Part shown: one piece after another, positions 1-7,100 of the stretch
Position numbering within the stretch: the first letter of the stretch is position 1
Layout of the letters: each line of letters begins with the position of its first letter
DNA from: an uncultured bacterium
GTDB lineage: Bacteria > Myxococcota_A > UBA796 > CAJQPC01
Assembly: GCA_963934385.1 (NCBI GenBank)
Contig: CAWVYO010000046.1
Location: 1 to 17,464, forward strand
Direction: 5' to 3'
DNA length: 17,464 nt
Position numbers and translations under genes: made by a program
The notes under the pieces: generated by a model
What the model was told of the DNA's origin: nothing
What the model saw: only the letters and a program-made list of their open reading frames with translations
Databases searched by the model: none

Positions 1-31
1 TAGGTTTGAGAAATAGCCCTTAGCCCTAGAC

Positions 32-832
32 TCACGGTGCTGGCAGACAGACCATAAACCTCGTGCCTGTACGTGTCGGAATTATACGCATCTGACCTCC
101 AGCCTCGAGAACATTCTTGTGCATTCTTCGGATCGCCAGAATAGCCAAATCATGTGTTTCGCTATCAGACAATACATCCTCAGGGTCTATTGAATGGTTG
201 TGAGACCCCGAGTCTTCAACCCCTATCCAGAGCCCTGACTGACCCTGTGTAACGGTAACATGCACTCCTGTGCCCCCACCGTTTCGATCTATCACATCCA
301 GGGCTCCCTCTAATAGATGATCTACGACGTCCTGTACTAAGCGTGGATCTCCAATCACCCGACTAGGCTGAATATCTAATATTAGCGCCACACCGCGATG
401 CCTAAAGGTGTCTCTTGCGGACTTTACTGCTCGCATAGCAGCCGCCTGTGCATCTGCACCACCTTCACCTACCCACCGCTTGGGTCTTGGTGACTTAGGA
501 GCTATCCACGACCCATCATCCAAAAGCCCAAGTAACTTCTCGCCCCTCCTAACCAGTAAAGGCCTGTGAGCTGGGAGCTTGTCAACAGCTGTCGCGCCAT
601 CTACATAGAGCGCTGTTCGACCTCCGCGTATCATATCCAAGATCATTTCCGAGTCAGCTTGCTCAACTAGCGCACCAGACAAAACTCGAGCCTTTCCCGC
701 ACCATCTTGTACAGCAACATAAATTGCACCACCCTGCACTGATGCTAAAATGTCTTGAACCCTCTCAATACCCCAAACTTCCACAACAGAGGAAAGAGGT
801 AGGTCAGCTACTGAAGGTACGTGTTTTTCCAT
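32..832 (-). CDS. GHKL-family ATPase domain protein of the anti-sigma-factor / RsbW / SpoIIAB serine-kinase type (HATPase_c_2-like), with an uncharacterised ~130-aa N-terminal domain
   Basis: Complete ORF with an ATG at 830-832 and a TGA at 32-34. The C-terminal ~130 aa shows an N-box-like 'LLEGALDVIDRNGGG' and a G1-like 'LWIGVEDSGSH'. The C-terminal 'IPTRTGTRFMV' resembles SpoIIAB 'TPGKGTRVIL'. The G2 box is degenerate ('THDLAILAI'). No HisKA H-box is present, so this is not a classical sensor kinase. All of this is motif recall; no search was run. Confidence 0.5.
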   Translation of the reverse strand: MEKHVPSVADLPLSSVVEVWGIERVQDILASVQGGAIYVAVQDGAGKARVLSGALVEQADSEMILDMIRGGRTALYVDGATAVDKLPAHRPLLVRRGEKLLGLLDDGSWIAPKSPRPKRWVGEGGADAQAAAMRAVKSARDTFRHRGVALILDIQPSRVIGDPRLVQDVVDHLLEGALDVIDRNGGGTGVHVTVTQGQSGLWIGVEDSGSHNHSIDPEDVLSDSETHDLAILAIRRMHKNVLEAGGQMRIIPTRTGTRFMVCLPAP

Positions 833-994
833 TTTTCAATCTCTTCAATTATTACCACTACATTTAGCCCTGTATCCTAGGGAATCAAGATAGTATTGTC
901 GGGTTCTTGGCAGCGAAGCAAATACTACTATAGCTTGTCACAAAATTCATTATTGTTAAGCTTGATATCCATATTATTATAACCGGAGGTTCTC
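833..994. promoter_or_regulatory. AT-rich divergent intergenic region, presumed to hold promoters for the 32-832 (-) and 995-2299 (+) genes; a GGAGG ribosome-binding site sits at 985-989, 5 nt before the ATG at 995
   Basis: The 162-bp non-coding gap between divergently oriented genes is markedly AT-rich compared with its flanks. Candidate -35-like hexamers are TTGTCA (935-940) and TTGTTA (953-958), and A/T-rich -10-like hexamers lie at 972-981. None makes a clean sigma70 pair, so the exact promoter is unresolved. The RBS is clear. Confidence 0.35.
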
Positions 995-2299
995 ATGGGC
1001 TTATTTGACAGAATAAAAGGCCAATTTCTTGATGTTATCGAATGGCTAGATGACTCGAGGGATACAATTGTTTGGCGATTCCCTGTAGAAAACAACTCCA
1101 TCCAAGATGGCGGAAAACTAGTCGTCAGAGAGGGACAGGCTGCCATTTTTATTCAAGAGGGCAAGCTCTCAGATGTTTTTGGTCCCGGAACATACGAACT
1201 ATCGACCAGACTAAAAGCCATCTCGGGGTTCTTTGCGAGTATCAAATACAGCTTCAATGACCCATACAAAGGCGATGTATACTTCATTAATACCCGAAGA
1301 TTTATTGATCAAAAATGGGGCACACCTAACCCTTTTACCATGAGAGACCCGGACTTCGGACTAGTGCGCGTAAGGGCTTTTGGTAACTTCACATACAAAA
1401 TTACCGATCCCGCGATGTTCCTTCGTGAAATTGTTGGAACCGATGGCAACTTCACTACAAGCGAAATCAACGGTCAATTGAAGTCAAAGTTACTGGCTGG
1501 ATTTATCTCGTCTGTAAAAGAATCGGGCATAGGTGTTGTAGATCTTTGTGGCGCTTACATGGATCTAGGCGACAAACTTACGGATGATATTTGTCCGATT
1601 TTCCAAGACAAGTACGGTATCGCGCTGACCGATGTAAACGTGAGCAATATTTCCCCACCCCCCGAGGTAGAGGAAGCTATCGACAAGCGCAGCTCAATGG
1701 GTGCCTTGGGCAACATGAACACTTACACTCAATATCAAGCGGCCAACGCAATTGAGGCGGCAGCAAAGAACCCTGGCGGAGGAGGAACAGCAGCGACAAT
1801 GATGAGCGCTGGAATGGGCTTGGCTATGGGCAATGTAATGACTAACCAGATGTCACAGAGCTCGGCTCCCCCTCCTCCCCCAACTAGCGCGACCTACCAC
1901 TACAACGGCGATGACGGACAAGGTCAGTTTTCGACAGCACAGTTAGCTGCAAAGATCCGCGCGAACCCAACCGGAACACATAACGTATGGCAACAGGGCT
2001 GGGCGGGATGGAAGTCATGGAGTGAAGTCTCTGAGCTCTCCGGACTGGTACCCCCTCCAGCACCACCCGTAGCCCCAGAGTCCTCTACTTACCACTACAA
2101 CGGACCATCTGGAAAGTCTGAGATGTCGGCGACAGAAGTCGCTGCCAAAGTCTCGGCAGACCCTAGCGCAGAGCACCTCGTATGGAAGGAAGGGTTCGCG
2201 GGCTGGAAGGCTGCGGGAGATGTCCCTGAGATAGCGAGTTCTATGTCATCTGGACCACCACCACTACCTAGCGGCGGGCCGCCCCCTCTCCCTAAATAG
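995..2299 (+). CDS. SPFH (Band 7, Band_7_1/YdjI-like) domain protein carrying two C-terminal DUF4339/GYF_2-like domains separated by proline-rich linkers
   Basis: The ATG at 995 has a GGAGG RBS. The N-terminal 230 aa is collinear with B. subtilis YdjI: 'MGLFDRIKGQFLDVIEWLD...TIVWRFP', 'REGQAAIFIQEGKLSDVF', 'PPEVEEAIDKRSSMGALGNMNTYTQYQ', and a Met/Gly-rich 'TMMSAGMGLAMGNVMTNQM' segment. The C-terminus has two ~45-aa repeats, 'YHYNG..G.[FM]S..[QE][LV]AAK[IV].A.P...H.VW..G.AGWK', that match the DUF4339 consensus YYxxxGxxxGPxxxxEL...TLVWxxGMxxW. The PPPPP, PPPAPPVAP and C-terminal PPPLP tracts are proline-rich. Confidence 0.85.
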   Translation: MGLFDRIKGQFLDVIEWLDDSRDTIVWRFPVENNSIQDGGKLVVREGQAAIFIQEGKLSDVFGPGTYELSTRLKAISGFFASIKYSFNDPYKGDVYFINTRRFIDQKWGTPNPFTMRDPDFGLVRVRAFGNFTYKITDPAMFLREIVGTDGNFTTSEINGQLKSKLLAGFISSVKESGIGVVDLCGAYMDLGDKLTDDICPIFQDKYGIALTDVNVSNISPPPEVEEAIDKRSSMGALGNMNTYTQYQAANAIEAAAKNPGGGGTAATMMSAGMGLAMGNVMTNQMSQSSAPPPPPTSATYHYNGDDGQGQFSTAQLAAKIRANPTGTHNVWQQGWAGWKSWSEVSELSGLVPPPAPPVAPESSTYHYNGPSGKSEMSATEVAAKVSADPSAEHLVWKEGFAGWKAAGDVPEIASSMSSGPPPLPSGGPPPLPK

Positions 2300-2304
2300 A
2301 CGCT

Positions 2305-2320
2305 AACGCCACTGCGTTTT
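2305..2320 (+). terminator. Weak candidate intrinsic terminator: 5-bp stem AACGC/GCGTT, loop CACT, followed by TT, between convergent genes
   Basis: It lies 6 nt after the TAG stop at 2297-2299. The stem is short with only 3 GC pairs, and the U-tract is only 4 nt if the stem's own Ts are counted. This is marginal. Confidence 0.2.
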
Positions 2321-2339
2321 CGAAATTACCAGGGAAATA

Positions 2340-4103
2340 TCAGACGTTTTTCACCGACAATTCAACCAGTTGTACGGCTTCGGCTGACGATGGTGCCCCA
2401 GACAATAAACACTGTGCCTTTGTCGTCTTAGGGAATGCTATTACATCGCGGATGTTCTCAGTAGAGGCCAAAAGCATCGCACAGCGATCAAACCCAAAGG
2501 CTATACCTCCGTGTGGAGGCGCACCGTTACGTAGAGCGTCAACCAAGAAGCCGAATTTTTCTGTAGCCTCTTCTGGGCTTAGACCCAACGCTGTGAACAC
2601 CTGGCTCTGAACATCTGGGTTGTGAATACGAATACTACCGCCAGCTATCTCATAGCCATTGCACACTAGGTCATACGCATCGGACAATACGTCACTCTCA
2701 CGACCTGAGCTAAGATATTCAACATGCTCCTTTTTAGGAGATGTAAATGGGTGGTGACACGCTACCCAGCGGTTTGAATCGTCGTCGAACTCAAACGCAG
2801 GGAAGTCAACAACCCAACAGAAAGAGAACTTTTCTCTAGGGTAAAGTGTAAGCTCCTTACCAAGATGTGCCCTAAGGCGCCCAAGACCTGCCTGAACACT
2901 CTTCTCAGCTCCAAGCCCCAGCAATAGAAGGTCGCCCTCTTCGGCGTTAAGCTTGGCCCCTACAACCTCGCGCTCAGACTCGGACAAGAGCTTGCCCATT
3001 GGACCACTCCAACCATCTGCGTTGACCTTACCCCACATAAGTCCACCCATTCCGTAGCGCCTAACAAACTCAGTCCAACGATCGATAACCTTCCGTGAGC
3101 TGGTACCAGCGGCACCTTTTACGTTCATGGCTTTTGCGATTCCACCATCAGAAATAGCACCCCCCACTATACGGGACTCCGACTTTGAGAGCTCATCGGT
3201 GAGGTATACATGCTCCATAGCAAATCGGGTATCCGGTGCGTCAACCCCAAAGCGATCCATGGACTCCTGCCAGGTAATACGGACAATATCTGGGATCTCA
3301 ATCCCACGAACACTGCTCCACATTGACCGCAACACACCTTCGGCGAGCTCAATCACCATCTCCTGTGTAGGAAACGACATCTCAATATCGATCTGAGTAA
3401 ACTCTGGCTGACGGTCTGCTCGAAGATCCTCGTCTCTAAAACACTTTACGATTTGAAAATACCTATCTAAGCCTGACACCATTAGCAGCTGCTTGAAGAT
3501 TTGAGGACTCTGAGGCAACGCATACCACTGACCTGCGTGGACACGAGATGGTACCAAGTAGTCACGAGCCCCCTCTGGGGTCGCCTTAGTGAGTACCGGT
3601 GTCTCGATCTCAAGGAACGACTCTGAGTCTAGATACCCGCGAACAGCCTGTGCTGCCTTATGTCGAATAACCAGGTTTTTCTGAAGCTCTGGACGACGCA
3701 GGTCGAGGTAACGATACTTTAGGCGTGTCTCCTCGTGTGCATTAGCGGCGCTCTCTGGTGTAAACGGGAGAGGTGGCGTATTAGACAACTGTGTAAACTC
3801 GCTAGGAACGATCTCTATCTCTCCTGTTGGGATCTTCTTGTTGGGATTTGATCGCATAACGACCTTGCCTGTCACCTCAACAACGAACTCCTGACGAACC
3901 TTGGCAGCCAGCTCGCGAACATTATCCGCACACCGCTCATCAACAGTCACCTGAACCTTCCCGTAACGGTCTCTAATATTTAGAAACGTCACGCCGCCGA
4001 GGTTGCGATAGCTATCAACCCAACCCTGAATTGTTACCGTAATACCGTTGTTATCGGCGGTTAATTCCCCACACACATGAGTGCGTCGCGCATTCTTGAG
4101 CAT
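2340..4103 (-). CDS. aspS: Aspartate--tRNA ligase (aspartyl-tRNA synthetase, class IIb, bacterial type with insertion domain)
   Basis: 587 aa. The N-terminal OB-fold reads 'RTHVCGELT...IQGWVDSYRNLGGVTFLNIRDRYGKVQV'. Class II motif 2 'FQIVKCFRDEDLRADRQPEFTQIDIEMSF' is near-identical to E. coli AspRS. Motif 3 is 'GGIAFGFDRCAMLLASTENIRDVIAFPKT'. The ATG is at 4101-4103, with a GGAGG RBS 6 nt upstream on the minus strand (4110-4114). Confidence 0.97.
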   Translation of the reverse strand: MLKNARRTHVCGELTADNNGITVTIQGWVDSYRNLGGVTFLNIRDRYGKVQVTVDERCADNVRELAAKVRQEFVVEVTGKVVMRSNPNKKIPTGEIEIVPSEFTQLSNTPPLPFTPESAANAHEETRLKYRYLDLRRPELQKNLVIRHKAAQAVRGYLDSESFLEIETPVLTKATPEGARDYLVPSRVHAGQWYALPQSPQIFKQLLMVSGLDRYFQIVKCFRDEDLRADRQPEFTQIDIEMSFPTQEMVIELAEGVLRSMWSSVRGIEIPDIVRITWQESMDRFGVDAPDTRFAMEHVYLTDELSKSESRIVGGAISDGGIAKAMNVKGAAGTSSRKVIDRWTEFVRRYGMGGLMWGKVNADGWSGPMGKLLSESEREVVGAKLNAEEGDLLLLGLGAEKSVQAGLGRLRAHLGKELTLYPREKFSFCWVVDFPAFEFDDDSNRWVACHHPFTSPKKEHVEYLSSGRESDVLSDAYDLVCNGYEIAGGSIRIHNPDVQSQVFTALGLSPEEATEKFGFLVDALRNGAPPHGGIAFGFDRCAMLLASTENIRDVIAFPKTTKAQCLLSGAPSSAEAVQLVELSVKNV

Positions 4104-4182
4104 TTCTGGCCTCCATAGTCGCAGGTCTTCTATCTGGTAATGCCTCGGGACGCACCGTTTCAGTCCCAGGCACCTCTACATA

Positions 4183-7100
4183 CTACTGCTCAGCGTTATC
4201 CCAGCCAGAGGCACATTCAGGATCTTGAGAATCCGAGAAACCATCAAAATCATTATCCAAGCTGTCATTACACTGGTAAGCGACGTTGTAACCGCCCTGC
4301 TCAGTGGCCGTTGTAGATGTTGGGCAGTCGGGATCATCTGTGTCCACCCAACCGTCAGAGTCGTTATCTAGCGTGTCATTACACTCAGTGATTGGATCCG
4401 CTTCATCTGAATCAACTGCATCAGCACAGCCCAGGTCATCGGAGTCAATCAAACCGTCGCTGTCATCGTCCAACCCATTGTTACACACATAAGAAGAACT
4501 GTAGCCCCCTTGCTCGTAAAGAGTAGCCGAAGTTGCGCAGTCGGGATCATCTGTGTCGTACCAACCATCACCATCGTTGTCGATCGTGTCAGCACACTCC
4601 GCCAAGTGGCTCTCATCGGCGTCAAACGCCGACTCACAACCAAAGTCATCGGCGTCAGTGTAGCCGTCGGCGTCATCGTCAGTCCCGTTGTTACACACAA
4701 ACGAGGTCTCATAACCTAGCTCTGTTGCACTCCAAGAACAGTCAGGATCGTCTGAGTCGTACCAACCATCGCCGTCGTCGTCTGCACCATCGGAACAGGT
4801 TGCGTCAGCCACTGTCGCCTCGAGGTTATCCCAAGCGTCAAGACACTCACTGTCTTCACTATCTACAAGAGCATCCCCGTCATCATCTACGCCATTGTTA
4901 CACTCCGCAGCACCTGTGTACCCAGCCTCAGCGGTCGAGGTAACACAGTCGGGATCTTCGTCGTCAATCCAGCCGTCGCTATCGTTGTCACTGGAGTCAC
5001 TACATACGGATCCAGGGTTGGTCTCAAGGCTATCCCATGCGTTGTCGCAACCTGTATCGTTACCGTCAGTGTAGCTGTCGTTGTCGTCATCGGCGCCGTT
5101 GTTGCACTCACTAGTTATAAAGCCAACCTCTTCGCCCACATACCAGCAGTCTGGATCATCGTCGTCGATCCAGCCATCGCTATCATTGTCAGATTGGTCA
5201 TCACAAGAGGTACCATCGCCCTCTATTACATCAAACCCCGAGTCACAGTCGCTATCGGTTGAGTCCGCATAACCGTCTGAGTCGTTATCCAGTCCATCGG
5301 AGCAAGCCACTTGCCAGGAGCCATCCTCGGCGTAACCTAACAAGCAGTCTGGATCGTCATCGTCAGTCCAACCGTCGCCGTCGTTGTCACTCGAATCAGA
5401 GCAGGTGACGTCACCGTCCACCTCTGTATCCATTAGTGCCTCTAGGCAACCTGGATCCTCCGCATCGGCGTAGCCATCGAGGTCGTTATCAACACCGTCG
5501 TTACAGGCTGAAGGGAAGGCCCCTCGCTCGGCGTTACCAAACATACAGTCCGGATCAGTGTCGTCCACCCAACCATCGAGGTCATCGTCAATGGCGTTGA
5601 TACAGCTACCTGCCGCAAGGGCGTCCTCCTGGTTAGCCCAAGCGTTCAGACACTGAGGATCGTCACCATCTACAAAGCTGTCTAAATCGTTATCAACACC
5701 ATCGTGGCAGGCTGTCGATGCGAAGCTGTTGTCCTCTGAAACTCCCAACACACAGTCGGGATCATCCCCGTCTATCCAGCTGTCAAAGTCATTATCTAAT
5801 AGATCGGAACACGTAGAATCTGGATCGGACTCATTACTGTCAATCGCAAGCGCGCAGCCCGAGTCCTCAGCATCAACAAGAGAATCTGAGTCGTCGTCGA
5901 TACCATTCCCACAGACAGAAGTGCCCCAACCCAACTCAAGACCGTATACACCACAGTCAATATCGTCCGAATCGATCCAACCATCGGAGTCATTGTCTAA
6001 CTCATCCGAGCATGGGTCAGTCGACGACGCACTCAGCTCGAGGTTGTCCCACGCGTCGTCACAACCGGTATCGTTTGCGTCGATGTCACCGTCGGAGTCG
6101 TTGTCAACTCCATCGTTGCATTCAGCCAAACCAGCAGCACCACCGGACTCAACGCCACCATTAAAGCAGTCAGGGTCCTCATCGTCAACCCAACCGTCGG
6201 AGTCATCGTCCGTACCGTCCAAACAGGTGGCGTCTAGAGAGTCCTCATCTTCATCGAGCGCGTCTTCACAATCCGAATCGTCCGAGTCTATGTCTCCATC
6301 GGAGTCGTTATCAATGCCATCGTTACAGACGACAGTGGTGAACCCGACCTCCTCACCGCTAAAACTACAATCTGGATCATCTGTATCGACCCAACCATCG
6401 GAGTCATTGTCTTCAAAATCTGTGCAGACTGGCTCTGCTTGCTCGTAGTCCTGCCAAGCCACTATGCAGTCTGAGTCGGCTGCATCTATGGTGCCGTCTG
6501 AGTCGTTATCCAGCCCGTCATTACAAGCGAAACTTGTAGTTGCAGACTCATTCCCCGTAGATAGGCAGTCAATATCATCTGCGTCTGACCAGCCGTCTCC
6601 GTCATCGTCAGAGCCGTTCTCGCAGTCATCCGCATTGTCGTCTTCGACAGTGTCATAGGCGCTATCGCAACCTGTATCAACTTCGTCTATTAGCAGGTCG
6701 CCGTCGTTATCCACGCCATCGTTACACTCGGAGTCACCGTACCCCAGCTCATCCTCATCTTCGTCGCAGTCGGGATCTTGGTCGTCGATCCAACCATCGG
6801 AGTCATTGTCTAGACCGTCGCCATAGCAGGTGCCATCTACCTCATCGTCATCGAAACCGTCGTCGCAACCGATATCGTCGAAATCAACGTCACCGTCACC
6901 GTCATTGTCGCTATCGTCATTGCACTCGCTAGATGAGGTTCCTAACTCTTCGGTTCCGGTTGAGCAGTCTGGATCTAAATCATCACGCCAACCATCTTCG
7001 TCGTTGTCTTCGCCGTCAGTACAGTCAGTCGACGAGGAGCTCTCTACGTCATCTAGGGCATCAAAGCATTCAGAGTCATCAGTATCCACAGATCCATCAG

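Noticed and set aside
15-30. Tandem 'TAGCCCT TAGCCCT' at the left edge
   Set aside because: It is only two 7-mer copies, lies downstream of a stop codon and has no palindromic structure. Likely chance.
833-994. Possibility of a tRNA or small RNA in the intergenic gaps 833-994, 4104-4182, 10344-10405, 11737-11821 and 14588-14665
   Set aside because: No gap contains a tRNA-like T-arm or GTTC box or an acceptor-stem pairing. The only strong structure, at 14614-14638, is best explained as a terminator.
928-1146. 72-aa ORF on the minus strand that overlaps the start of the SPFH gene
   Set aside because: It overlaps a well-supported gene and the AT-rich promoter region, and it has no RBS or recognisable features. 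Likely spurious.
1072-2066. Two small ORFs inside the SPFH gene: 1072-1260 (+), which is out of frame, and 1884-2066 (-)
   Set aside because: They are embedded in a confidently identified CDS, and their translations are Arg/Cys-rich nonsense typical of off-frame reads.
3127-3396. 89-aa (+) and 61-aa (-) ORFs inside aspS
   Set aside because: They are internal to a highly conserved housekeeping gene and are off-frame or antisense artefacts.
4141-4170. Possible terminator hairpin for the giant gene in the 79-bp gap before aspS (GGGAC...GTCCC)
   Set aside because: The stem is 5 bp with an 11-nt loop and no U-tract. It is too weak to call, so read-through into aspS or Rho-dependent termination cannot be distinguished.
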